Origin: a bacterium
GTDB taxonomy: Bacteria; CALINM01
NCBI GenBank assembly: GCA_041640455.1
Contig: JBEQAF010000010.1
Coordinates: 1-38,351, forward strand
Length of the DNA stretch: 38,351 nucleotides
Direction of reading: 5' to 3'
Numbering within the stretch: position 1 is the first letter of the stretch; every line of letters begins with the position of its first letter. Under the pieces are notes generated by a model that did not search any database, was not told the origin of the DNA, and saw only the letters and a list, made by a program, of their open reading frames with translations. A program made the position numbers and the translations under genes. Below are positions 18,773 through 28,434 of this stretch, one piece after another.

Positions 18773-21349
18773 ATGGAAGTCAGATATAACCCCCATGAGA
18801 TTGAACCCAAATGGCTGAAAAGATGGGAAGAAGAAAAAATTTATCGATCGGAGATTGATAGGTCTAAACCTAAATATTATGTGCTGGAGATGTTCCCCTA
18901 TCCTTCAGGCAAGATACATATGGGGCATGTAAGAAACTATACCATAGGTGATGTGGTTGCAAGACTGAAAAAGATGGAAGGTTACAACATAATCCACCCC
19001 ATGGGCTGGGATGCCTTTGGATTGCCAGCAGAGAATGCTGCAATTGATAAGGGTGTGCATCCTGCAAAATGGACTTACGAAAATATAAACTTTATGAAAA
19101 GCCAGCTTAAAAGGCTTGGTTTTTCATATGACTGGGACAGAGAGATAGCTACCTGCAGACCTGAATATTATAAATGGGAACAGCTGATTTTTCTTAAGAT
19201 GCTGGAAAAGGGGCTGGCTTATAAAAAACGTTCATCTGTTAACTGGTGCAACTCCTGCAATACAGTACTTGCCAATGAGCAGGTAGAAGGCGGCGAATGC
19301 TGGAGATGCGGCTCAAGGGTTGAGATAAAAGAGCTGGAACAATGGTTTTTCAAGATTACTGCTTATACTGAGGAGCTTCTTTCATACTGTGACAAACTTA
19401 CAGGCTGGCCTGAAAAGGTTATATTAATGCAGAAAAACTGGATCGGAAAAAGCTATGGCTGTGAGATAAAATTCCCGCTCGAGGATGGCTCAGGACATAT
19501 TACTGTTTTTACCACCAGACAGGATACTCTGTTTGGCGCCACCTTTATGAGCCTTGCTCCAGAACATCCGCTAATACCTGAACTATGCAAGGGGAAAAAA
19601 GAGGAAGAGGCTGTCTTAAAGTATGTGGAAAAATCAAAAAACCTAACAGCTGTTCAGAGACAGATGGCAGAATATGAAAAGGAAGGCGTATTTACGGGAA
19701 GTTATTGCATAAATCCAGTTACTGGCTGGAAGATGCCCATTTACATAGCCAATTTTGTTCTTATGGAGTATGGCACAGGAGCCGTAATGGCAGTGCCTGC
19801 TCATGACGAAAGGGATTTTCAGTTTGCAAAAAAGTATAACCTTCCGATAGTTGTGGTAATTCAACCTAAGGAAAGACAGCTGTCAGCTGAATCCCTTGCG
19901 GAAGCTTACACGGAACAGGGATATCTTGTTAACTCCGGAGAGTTTAACGGACTATTCAACGAAGAAGCTAAGGAGAAAATAGCAGATTACCTTGAAGATA
20001 AAGGCTTAGGGAAAAGAACCATAAATTACCGTCTAAGAGACTGGGGGATATCAAGACAGAGATACTGGGGGGCGCCGATTCCCATTATCTACTGTGATAA
20101 ATGTGGTATGGTGCCAGTGCCAGAAAAAGATCTGCCTGTGGTTCTACCAGAAAACGTGAATATTACTGGAAAAGGTGGCTCTCCTCTCGCAGACGTGCCC
20201 GAGTTTGTAAATACAGTCTGCCCCAGGTGCGGAGGCAAGGCAAGGCGTGATACAGATACAATGGATACCTTTGTTGAATCTTCCTGGTATTTTATAAGAT
20301 TTGCATCTCCAAGATATGAACAGGGGATGTTTAATAAGGAAGAGGTGGATTACTGGTTACCAGTTGACCAGTATATAGGCGGTGTTGAACATGCTATCCT
20401 TCATCTGCTCTATTCAAGATTTTATGTCAAAGTATTAAGAGATCTGGGCATGCTTAACTTTGATGAGCCTTTTATAAACCTGCTCACACAGGGGATGGTA
20501 TGCATGGAGAGCTACAAATGCAACGAACATAACTATCTCTTCCCTGAAGAGGTACTTGAAAGGGATGGCAGATTTTTCTGCAAGAAGTGTGATAAAGAGG
20601 TGCTTGTGGGAAGAGTTGAGAAGATGTCTAAATCCAAAAAAAATGTGGTTGACCCGGATGATCTGGTTAAAAACTATGGTGCTGATACCTTAAGATTATT
20701 TTGTTTATTTGCTGCACCGCCAGAAAAGGATCTTGACTGGTCAGAAAGAGGCGTGGAAGGATGTAATAGGTTTATTCAGCGTATATGGCGTCTTTACCAT
20801 CAGTGGGAGCCAAAATTAATCCAGTCTGTAAACGGAGATGAAATTTTAGATAATCGGATTGCCCGTGACATTCTGAGAATGGCTCATAAGACAATTAAAA
20901 GGGTTATTGAAGATGCCCTTAAAAGATTTCATTTTAACACGGCAATAAGTGCGGTCATGGAGCTTGTTAACTATCTGTATAACATAGAACTCACTGAAGA
21001 TATAGAGATAAGAAAGGCGGTAAGCTTTGCCATCAAACAGATTGTGATCCTCATGTACCCCTTTACCCCCTTTCTCTCCGAAGAACTCTGGGAGAAGATG
21101 GGCAACAAAAGAAGCCTTTTTTATGAAAAGCTCCCCACATATAAAGAGGCTATGACTGCAGATGAGGTATTGACTATAGTAGTTCAGATTAACGGCAAGG
21201 TAAGAGGTAGATTTGACCTTTCCGCCTCTTTATCCGAAAATGAGATGGAAAGACTTATTCTGGCTGATGAAAAGATAAGCCAGTATACAAAGGATGGTAT
21301 AAAAAAGATCATATGGGTGCCAAAAAAGCTTGTAAATATTATTGTCTGA
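18773..21349 (+). CDS. leuS: Leucine--tRNA ligase
   Basis: [28 protein letters not shown] (CP1 editing), KMSKS; SD AGGAGG. Confidence 0.99.
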   Translation: MEVRYNPHEIEPKWLKRWEEEKIYRSEIDRSKPKYYVLEMFPYPSGKIHMGHVRNYTIGDVVARLKKMEGYNIIHPMGWDAFGLPAENAAIDKGVHPAKWTYENINFMKSQLKRLGFSYDWDREIATCRPEYYKWEQLIFLKMLEKGLAYKKRSSVNWCNSCNTVLANEQVEGGECWRCGSRVEIKELEQWFFKITAYTEELLSYCDKLTGWPEKVILMQKNWIGKSYGCEIKFPLEDGSGHITVFTTRQDTLFGATFMSLAPEHPLIPELCKGKKEEEAVLKYVEKSKNLTAVQRQMAEYEKEGVFTGSYCINPVTGWKMPIYIANFVLMEYGTGAVMAVPAHDERDFQFAKKYNLPIVVVIQPKERQLSAESLAEAYTEQGYLVNSGEFNGLFNEEAKEKIADYLEDKGLGKRTINYRLRDWGISRQRYWGAPIPIIYCDKCGMVPVPEKDLPVVLPENVNITGKGGSPLADVPEFVNTVCPRCGGKARRDTDTMDTFVESSWYFIRFASPRYEQGMFNKEEVDYWLPVDQYIGGVEHAILHLLYSRFYVKVLRDLGMLNFDEPFINLLTQGMVCMESYKCNEHNYLFPEEVLERDGRFFCKKCDKEVLVGRVEKMSKSKKNVVDPDDLVKNYGADTLRLFCLFAAPPEKDLDWSERGVEGCNRFIQRIWRLYHQWEPKLIQSVNGDEILDNRIARDILRMAHKTIKRVIEDALKRFHFNTAISAVMELVNYLYNIELTEDIEIRKAVSFAIKQIVILMYPFTPFLSEELWEKMGNKRSLFYEKLPTYKEAMTADEVLTIVVQINGKVRGRFDLSASLSENEMERLILADEKISQYTKDGIKKIIWVPKKLVNIIV

Positions 21350-21822
21350 TAATAATTTTACTCTTTTCCAGCTGTGTCTATTCTGTCAAAAGCATGGATG
21401 AGAAGAGCCTTCAGGGGAAGACCATACGGGTTGAGGTTAACAATAACACCTATGAGGTAGGAATATCCCATATCTTTAAAGGCATAATGGAGGATATCTT
21501 GCTGAAAAGAGGAGCAAGACCCGTAGAGGTAGATGAACAGTTAAAGGTTCAGATAAATATATCTGACATTAAAGCTCAGCCTGTGACTTTTGATAAAAAG
21601 GATACGGCAAATAGCTACAGTTTGAAAGTTATTTCCGATATAAAGATTTTCACAGTTAGCAGTAATAATGAGAAGCTGATAAAAGAGCTAAGACTGACTC
21701 CTGTGTATAACTATGTGGTTAAGGGGCTTACAGATGCAGAAATAGAAAGGCAGCTTGCGATTGAAAAAGCTGCCCTCGAGATCTCTGCGATTATTTATGA
21801 TTATTTATCTACGCTGCCTTAA
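21313..21822 (+). CDS. lptE: LPS assembly lipoprotein LptE-like
   Basis: Lipobox-like LFSS-C-VY, NNTYEVG motif, suitable size, and position directly after leuS; start codon uncertain. Confidence 0.75.
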   Translation: MGAKKACKYYCLIIILLFSSCVYSVKSMDEKSLQGKTIRVEVNNNTYEVGISHIFKGIMEDILLKRGARPVEVDEQLKVQINISDIKAQPVTFDKKDTANSYSLKVISDIKIFTVSSNNEKLIKELRLTPVYNYVVKGLTDAEIERQLAIEKAALEISAIIYDYLSTLP

Positions 21823-22087
21823 CTGCTTTGCTAATTCTTTCAGCAAGTCTTGATATTCTTCTTGAAGCATTGTTCGGGTGCAGAATACCTTTAACGGCAG
21901 CCTTATGCAGAAGGCTCTCTGCTTTCACAAACTGGCTTTTTGCCGCATCAAAATCTTTGGCTTCGATAAGAGTTATGGTCTTTTTAATGGCTGTTTTAAT
22001 AGCCGATTTGGCAGATCTGTTCCTTTCTCTTCTTTTAAGACTTTGCCTTTCTCTTTTGAGAGCAGACTTATTTTTTTTACTTGCCAA
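21809..22087 (-). CDS. rpsT: 30S ribosomal protein S20
   Basis: KSALKRERQS..RNRSAKSAIKT..KGILHPNNASRRISRL; TTG start after AGGAGG. Confidence 0.97.
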   Translation of the reverse strand: MASKKNKSALKRERQSLKRRERNRSAKSAIKTAIKKTITLIEAKDFDAAKSQFVKAESLLHKAAVKGILHPNNASRRISRLAERISKAVKAA

Positions 22088-22118
22088 TTTACATCCTCCT
22101 CGTTAATAATAAGCTGAT

Positions 22119-22147
22119 ATTATATGAGTTAACCTTTTTCAAGTCAA
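22119..22147 (-). promoter_or_regulatory. Near-consensus sigma70 promoter of rpsT
   Basis: TTGACT-N17-TATAAT. Confidence 0.75.
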
Positions 22148-22168
22148 GATTATTTTTGGAAAAAACGG

Positions 22169-23719
22169 GTGAAAAAACACAGCACAATCAGGGCATTCGG
22201 CATTCTAAGCCTATCAACATTTTTAAGCAGAGTTACAGGTTATATTAGAGACGCCATCATAGCCGCTTTTATTGGCACATCCTTTTTTTCAGACGCATTT
22301 TTTGTAGCATTCAGAATACCCAATCTGTTTAGACGACTGCTTGGGGAGGGGGCGCTGACCCCTGCTATAGTGCCTGTGGTATCGGAGCTAAAAGAAAAGG
22401 AAGAAAATTTAAAAAAGAGGGAGATAAAAACCATAATATCAGCAGGATTCTTTGTCCTGTTTCTGCTAACTCTACTGGGGATTGTGTTCAGCCCCTATCT
22501 GGTAAAACTATTAGCCTACGGCTACTCGAAAAATAACCAGTTATTTAATGTAACTGTCTTTTTGAACAGACTGATGTTCCCCTATCTCTTTTTTGTCTGC
22601 ATGGTGGCAATATTTATGGGGATACTAAATGCCCATCATCATTTTTTTGCTCCCTCATTCTCACCTGTGCTTCTTAACCTTTCCATGATATTTTCTCTCT
22701 TACTTTTTTACAAAAGCTTCGACCTTCCCGTATATGCCCTTGCTGTGGGCGTACTTGCAGGAGGAGCTTTACAGTTTCTCTTTCAGATACCCTATCTTGC
22801 TGCATTTGGCATAAGACCATCAATTGGCTTTCATCTGGTTAGTGATTCTACAAAAGCCATATATAAAATGCTGGTTCCGTCCTTTTTCGGTCTTGCCATT
22901 ACCCAGATTAATGTGCTTGTAGATACACTGGTTGCATCCTTTTTAAAGGAAGGGACTGTTTCATATCTTTATTACGCAGACCGGATTATGGAGATCCCAA
23001 TCGGTATCATTGTGGTGTCTTTTGCCAGCGCCATTCTTCCAACTATTTCAGATAATGCAAGAGAGGATAAAGCCGTTCTGGTCAAAGATCAGTTTTTGAA
23101 AACCCTCAACCTATGTCTCATTTTTGTAATTCCACTAATGGCTGCCTTTATTTTTTTTGGTAAACCTATAATTTCTACCCTGTTTCAGAGAAAGGCATTT
23201 AATCTGATCTCGCTACAGGAAACCAGCTATGCTCTTTTAGGATACAGTCTTGGACTTCCCTTTTTCAGTTTTAATCGGATAATTACACCGCTTTTTTATG
23301 CTTACAAGAAGGCAAAATCTCCAGTAAAGGCTGGTTTTTTTGCCATGCTGACCAATATTAGTTTTGACATAATTCTGATGCCCTGGGGGCAGTTCGGTCT
23401 TGCCCTTGCCACATCCATATCAGCCCTTGTTAACGGTATTATGTTATATTTTTATTTTAGTCGTGAGCATTTCAGTCTTGACCTGAAAAGGGAGAGCATA
23501 AATATATTAAAAATATTTCTCTGTTCTTTACCACCAGTAATGGTCATGATTTTTACAGAGAAATATTTCCCCTACGAACAGAATTTTTATATTAAAATAA
23601 TTTTCACATCCATAATTATGCTGATTAGCTCTGCCCTTTACTTTTTTCTTTTGTGGAGTTGGGGTGTGAGAGAAATGAAAGAAGGTCTATGGAAGATAAA
23701 AAAGAGATTTTTGAGATAG
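22169..23719 (+). CDS. murJ: Lipid II flippase MurJ (MviN)
   Basis: SRVTGYIRD, DAFFVAFRIPNLFRRLLGEG, YLYYADRIMEIPIG; many TM segments. Confidence 0.96.
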   Translation: MKKHSTIRAFGILSLSTFLSRVTGYIRDAIIAAFIGTSFFSDAFFVAFRIPNLFRRLLGEGALTPAIVPVVSELKEKEENLKKREIKTIISAGFFVLFLLTLLGIVFSPYLVKLLAYGYSKNNQLFNVTVFLNRLMFPYLFFVCMVAIFMGILNAHHHFFAPSFSPVLLNLSMIFSLLLFYKSFDLPVYALAVGVLAGGALQFLFQIPYLAAFGIRPSIGFHLVSDSTKAIYKMLVPSFFGLAITQINVLVDTLVASFLKEGTVSYLYYADRIMEIPIGIIVVSFASAILPTISDNAREDKAVLVKDQFLKTLNLCLIFVIPLMAAFIFFGKPIISTLFQRKAFNLISLQETSYALLGYSLGLPFFSFNRIITPLFYAYKKAKSPVKAGFFAMLTNISFDIILMPWGQFGLALATSISALVNGIMLYFYFSREHFSLDLKRESINILKIFLCSLPPVMVMIFTEKYFPYEQNFYIKIIFTSIIMLISSALYFFLLWSWGVREMKEGLWKIKKRFLR

Positions 23720-24165
23720 TAAATACGCCTTTTCATTTCTCTGTGGAGCTTATTTTTTCTAAAGACAGGTTAAAATCTGTAATGTTTACCGATAAAAAGC
23801 CTGATCTAAGAGTAAACCACAGTCTTTCTGATATTTGGGATAGTATGAAAAGATATTTTTACGGTGAGAAGGTTGATTTTAATATCCCCATTATTTTAGA
23901 ATGCCTTACAGAGTTTGAGAAAAAGGTTCTCAGACTCACACATGAAATAAAATATGGAGAGGTTTTAACTTATAAAGAGCTGGCTATCAGGCTCGGTAAC
24001 AAAAATCTTTCAAGGGCTGTTGGCAATGCTTTAAGAAAAAACCCCTTGCCGATTGTAATACCCTGTCACAGGGTGATAGGTTCAGATGGGTCTCTTTGCG
24101 GTTTTATGGGAAAAGAGGGTCTTGAGATAAAGAAGATTTTACTGAAACTGGAAAAAAGTCTTTGA
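23689..24165 (+). CDS. ogt: Methylated-DNA--protein-cysteine methyltransferase
   Basis: RAVGNALRKNPLPIVIPCHRVI active site. Start likely ATG 23689 (GAAGG upstream). Confidence 0.93.
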   Translation: MEDKKEIFEIVNTPFHFSVELIFSKDRLKSVMFTDKKPDLRVNHSLSDIWDSMKRYFYGEKVDFNIPIILECLTEFEKKVLRLTHEIKYGEVLTYKELAIRLGNKNLSRAVGNALRKNPLPIVIPCHRVIGSDGSLCGFMGKEGLEIKKILLKLEKSL

Positions 24166-24210
24166 AATTAAAAAATTTATAAAGCTTTTAATGAATTTTT
24201 AAATTTTTAT

Positions 24211-24222
24211 TGATATTATAAT
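24211..24222 (+). promoter_or_regulatory. -10 box (TATAAT) 6 nt before the diguanylate cyclase ATG
   Basis: TGATATTATAAT-cgctat-ATG; no clear -35 and no SD. Confidence 0.45.
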
Positions 24223-24228
24223 CGCTAT

Positions 24229-25668
24229 ATGACGATTAAAAAAAGTATTCTCGTTGCAGATGATAGCCCGTCTATCAGAAGAAGATTATGCGAGCTTCTG
24301 ACCGAAAAGGGGTTTAATGTTATAGAGGCAAAAGATGGTATTGAGGCTATAAAAAAGGCTTTCAAGTTTCAGCCTGCCTTTATAGTTCTGGATGTTAATA
24401 TGCCTATAATTAGCGGATATCAGGCATGCAGATTCCTGAAGTTCAGAAAAGAAAGTTTTGAAATTCCTGTCATGATACTTACAGCCCTTGATAAACCTAT
24501 GGACATGCTTAGAGGATATGAGACTGGAGCTGATTATTACAGAAGCAAAAGTCTGAGCTTTGAAAAGATTGTGGAAGAGATAACTCAGGAGGCAGAGAAG
24601 ATTAATCTCCCCCCCAGAAAAAGCATTGAGATAACCGAGACAGATATTCTGGCTTCAATAAACGACTATCTGGATGATAAACTTTTCCAGCTAACACTGA
24701 TTAGTGAGATAACTACCCTTTCGTACAGAATAGGAGATCTTGATGAGATTGTAAAAGAGTGTGTAATTTTTCTGGAAAAGCTGCTTGAGTTTTACTCTGT
24801 TTCCTTTGCCCTGCTGGATGATGAGGAGCTAAATGTTTATATTTTCAGCAGATATGAGTATGGAAATTACATAGAGGATATTAAAGCCCATATAGAACAG
24901 ATTTTTCCGAAAAGCTCTTTAAGAAATATTCAGTACACCACCAGTTGCGGGGTTAATCCTCTCCCTTCAGATTTTTTTGAAAAAAGAGATATGGTATTTG
25001 TTGACAGCAATCTTATGGAAAGTAACCATAGCTCCTCTCAGAAATTTGTTTCTGGTGGCATATTTTTTTGCTACAACAGGGATCAGGTTAAAGAGATAGA
25101 AAAAATAAGGTTTTTGATAAATCATATTCTGCTTGTTATCAATAACTGTCTGCTCTATCAGAGAGTGGTTGACCTGTCCAACATAGACGACCTGACAAAG
25201 CTCTTTAATAGAAGAAAGATAATGCAGATTCTCAAAACAGAGCTCGAAAGGTCAATGAGATACGGCTTTAACCTCTCAGTGCTTATAGCAGATATAGATT
25301 TTTTTAAAAGAATAAACGATAAATATGGTCATAAGGTGGGAGATCTGGCATTAAAGCGGGTTTCAAATATATTAAAAAGCTCTGTAAGGAAGGTAGATTA
25401 TGTAGGCAGATTTGGCGGTGAGGAGTTTCTTATTGTCTCTCCCCAGACAACTGCTGAAAATGCCAGAATCCTTGCAGAAAGGATAAGAACTATGGTTCAA
25501 AGCATAACCATTGAAGGGGTGGAAGAAAAAATTACCATCAGCTTCGGCATAACCTCATTTGCCAATAATAAAAGTATTGACGAGCTTATCCATGAAGCCG
25601 ATCTGGCTCTTTATCATTCAAAAAACACAGGAAGAAACAAAATTACCATATTTGGAGAGGAAAGATGA
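24229..25668 (+). CDS. Response-regulator diguanylate cyclase (REC-GAF-like-GGDEF)
   Basis: REC ADDS/LDVNMP; D-x-LT..NRR; DIDFFKRINDKYGH; I-site RKVD; active site GGEEF. Confidence 0.93.
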   Translation: MTIKKSILVADDSPSIRRRLCELLTEKGFNVIEAKDGIEAIKKAFKFQPAFIVLDVNMPIISGYQACRFLKFRKESFEIPVMILTALDKPMDMLRGYETGADYYRSKSLSFEKIVEEITQEAEKINLPPRKSIEITETDILASINDYLDDKLFQLTLISEITTLSYRIGDLDEIVKECVIFLEKLLEFYSVSFALLDDEELNVYIFSRYEYGNYIEDIKAHIEQIFPKSSLRNIQYTTSCGVNPLPSDFFEKRDMVFVDSNLMESNHSSSQKFVSGGIFFCYNRDQVKEIEKIRFLINHILLVINNCLLYQRVVDLSNIDDLTKLFNRRKIMQILKTELERSMRYGFNLSVLIADIDFFKRINDKYGHKVGDLALKRVSNILKSSVRKVDYVGRFGGEEFLIVSPQTTAENARILAERIRTMVQSITIEGVEEKITISFGITSFANNKSIDELIHEADLALYHSKNTGRNKITIFGEER

Positions 25669-27284
25669 AAATTCTTGTAGTGGGCGGAGTGGCTGCAGGG
25701 GCGTCAGCTGCAACCAAAGCAAGAAGAACCAGCGAAGAGGCAGAGATAACTATCTTTGAAAAGGGTGATTATATCTCCTACGCAAACTGCGGTATGCCCT
25801 ATTACATAGGCGGTGTGATAGAAGACAGGGAGGAGCTTCTCATTGTAACTCCTGAGTATCTTAAAAGACGATTTAACATAGATGTCAGAACAGGAGCTGA
25901 GGTAATTAAAATATTACCCGAAAATAAAAAGATACTTGTTAAGGATCATAAAAGTGGGCTGGTTTATGAAGAGGGCTATGACAGACTTGTCATTGCCACA
26001 GGTGCCACACCAATCCTTCCCTCAAGCTTTAAAGGAGAAAATGTTTTTACCCTTTATACGCTTAAAGATATGGATCGTTTAAAAAATTACATTGAACTGA
26101 ATAGCCCCAAAAAGGCGCTTATTTTGGGAGGCGGTTTTATCGGTATTGAGATAGCTGAAAATTTTTTACATTTAGGGATGGATGTGACCATATGCGAAAA
26201 GGCTGATCAGATACTGCTTCCCTTTGATAAAGAGATGGCTAAGATTGTGGAAGAGTATCTTTCAAAAGCCAGTGTTAATCTACTTAAAGGCAAAGGTGTT
26301 GAAAAGATAGAAGATAGCATTGCTTATTTTGAAGACGGTACCAGCATGAGCTTTGATATAGCCGTAGTCTCTCTCGGTGTTAGACCTAATAGCTTACTTG
26401 CGAGAGAGGCGGGTATAGAGCTCGGGCTTAGAGATGCCATAAAGGTTAATAAGTTTATGGAGACCTCAGTAAAAGATATCTATGCTGCAGGTGACTGTTG
26501 TGAAAACTATTATCATTTTAATAATAAGAGCTGCTGGATCCCCCTCGCAGGCTCTGCAAACAAGCAGGGTAGAATTGCTGGATACAACGCCGTAAGCAAA
26601 GATAACAAAAAGACCTACCAGGGCACTCTCGGTACAGCTATTGCAAAATTTAAAGACCTTTCATTTGGATCTGTCGGTTATAATGAAAAGACCTTAAGGA
26701 ACGAGGGGCAGGATTATATGGTTTTTTACCTTAAGGAATCAAGCCATGCCTCTTACTATCCTGGATATGGAGATCTCTATATAAAAGTTCTGGGAACTAA
26801 AGAGGGTAAGATACTTGGAGCTCAGGTTGTTGGTTCTGATGGAGTTGACAAGAGGGTTGATCTATTTGCTACAGCCCTTTTTGCTGGATTATCCTTTGAA
26901 GATTTAGAATCGCTTGATCTTGCCTATGCGCCTCCCTTTTCATCAGCCAAAGACCCTGTAATAGTAGCAGGGATGGTGGGTAACAATATATGCAAAGATC
27001 GGATAAAAACTATAACAGATATTGAGAAAGAGAGTATTATCCTCGATGTCAGAACTGAGGGAGAAAACAAACGGGGCACCATAAGCGGCGCCATAAATAT
27101 ACCCATTGATCAGATACGGGGGAGGATAGGCGAGATAAATCATCTAAAAGATAAAAAAATCAACATATTTTGTGCATCGGGATACAGAAGTTATATTGTA
27201 ACCAGAATGCTCTCCAATCTTGGCTTTAAGGATGTGTCCAATCTTACGGGTGGATATTTCTTTTATAAGAAAAGAGAGCCATGA
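25665..27284 (+). CDS. CoA-disulfide reductase-rhodanese fusion (CoADR-RHD / Npsr-like)
   Basis: GGVAAG FAD site, SYANCGMPY redox Cys, GGGFIG, LAYAPPFS, C-terminal rhodanese LDVR...FCASGYRS...NLTGG. Confidence 0.92.
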   Translation: MKILVVGGVAAGASAATKARRTSEEAEITIFEKGDYISYANCGMPYYIGGVIEDREELLIVTPEYLKRRFNIDVRTGAEVIKILPENKKILVKDHKSGLVYEEGYDRLVIATGATPILPSSFKGENVFTLYTLKDMDRLKNYIELNSPKKALILGGGFIGIEIAENFLHLGMDVTICEKADQILLPFDKEMAKIVEEYLSKASVNLLKGKGVEKIEDSIAYFEDGTSMSFDIAVVSLGVRPNSLLAREAGIELGLRDAIKVNKFMETSVKDIYAAGDCCENYYHFNNKSCWIPLAGSANKQGRIAGYNAVSKDNKKTYQGTLGTAIAKFKDLSFGSVGYNEKTLRNEGQDYMVFYLKESSHASYYPGYGDLYIKVLGTKEGKILGAQVVGSDGVDKRVDLFATALFAGLSFEDLESLDLAYAPPFSSAKDPVIVAGMVGNNICKDRIKTITDIEKESIILDVRTEGENKRGTISGAINIPIDQIRGRIGEINHLKDKKINIFCASGYRSYIVTRMLSNLGFKDVSNLTGGYFFYKKREP

Positions 27285-27679
27285 AACTTATTAAAGAATA
27301 TTACTTGAAAAACGGACTCATCCTTAAGCTCTTTGATAAAACCTATAGATATTTTGGAGAATATTTTTTCATTGAGATAGAGGCAGTTTGTGAGATACCA
27401 AAGAGCTTTATTGAATCTCACATTCAGGAAAGGGTTAAGGAGGATATTCCAGAAAATCTTTCCTTTAAAAAGATACTGAGCAAAAAGGGGGTTTATGAAA
27501 CTGAGCTTGAAAAAGAAAGAACGGCTCTTATTGAAAATTTTGAAAAAAATGGGCTTGAGTATCTTGATCGGCCAACCTTCATTGAAAAGTTTATAAAAAA
27601 AGAGATTGAAAAAATTAAAAAAAGAAATCAGCTGGAGGAGTTAAGAAGAAAACTCAGCGAAGGAGAAGACACCGTCTGA
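27281..27679 (+). CDS. Hypothetical protein
   Basis: 132-aa ORF, ATGA-coupled to the reductase, with host-like K/E-rich composition; LKNGL...RYFGEY motif. Confidence 0.75.
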   Translation: MKLIKEYYLKNGLILKLFDKTYRYFGEYFFIEIEAVCEIPKSFIESHIQERVKEDIPENLSFKKILSKKGVYETELEKERTALIENFEKNGLEYLDRPTFIEKFIKKEIEKIKKRNQLEELRRKLSEGEDTV

Positions 27680-28432
27680 TTCAAAAAGATTAAGAAACCG
27701 CACAGTTTTCAAAATTTCTTCATTAAAGGCATCGAGCATAATAAAATCAATTCTTGCCTGCCACAAGAGTGAGATAAAAATATGCTGAAAATAGCTTTTA
27801 CTGGTACCATAAGCAGCTCTTGTGGTAAGATTTGAAAGCCCTACCATAAATCTGATCTCCTCACCAAAGATATTTCTCCCTTCCTTAATGAAATCAAGAT
27901 TTGAATGGTTTGCTTTTAACCCATCTTCCCATCCAAGAGGCGCAATAATGGGATCCAGTATAATCCTTTCCTTCCCAACTCCTGCCTTTTCAGCCTCTAT
28001 TATCATCTGTTCCGCCATAAGTATCTTGTCTTCCAGCGTCACTGGCACGCATCCATCTGCCATAACTAATCCAACCATATGACAATCATATTTTTGAGCA
28101 AGCGGAAGAATGTTTTTTAGCTTATGTTTCTCCAGTGAAAAGCTGTTTATTATGGGTTTTCTGACCGAGTTCTTTATGGCAATCTCAATTATATCAGGAT
28201 CTGTAGAGTCTATAAAAAAGCTCAGCTCGGGAAAGTTATTTATTGCTGAAACAAAAAATTTAATAATTTTCTCTTTATCTTTTTTTATCGGTCCTGGATT
28301 TAGATCAATATATTTAAACCCCCTTTTTTGAATCTCGTTTAAAAAATTTTCTATAGATCTTGGGTTAAGATTAAATATTTCTCTTGCTTTCCTGTCAAAA
28401 GGTTGAAAGTTTTCTGCAACGGGGATAAACAT
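27641..28432 (-). CDS. Pterin-binding TIM-barrel protein, AcsE/MeTr-like methyltetrahydrofolate:corrinoid methyltransferase homologue
   Basis: AEN, YIDLNPG, IDS, IINS, ILDP, GLSNL folate-binding motifs. Confidence 0.8.
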   Translation of the reverse strand: MFIPVAENFQPFDRKAREIFNLNPRSIENFLNEIQKRGFKYIDLNPGPIKKDKEKIIKFFVSAINNFPELSFFIDSTDPDIIEIAIKNSVRKPIINSFSLEKHKLKNILPLAQKYDCHMVGLVMADGCVPVTLEDKILMAEQMIIEAEKAGVGKERIILDPIIAPLGWEDGLKANHSNLDFIKEGRNIFGEEIRFMVGLSNLTTRAAYGTSKSYFQHIFISLLWQARIDFIMLDAFNEEILKTVRFLNLFESDGVFSFAEFSS

Positions 28433-28434
28433 GG

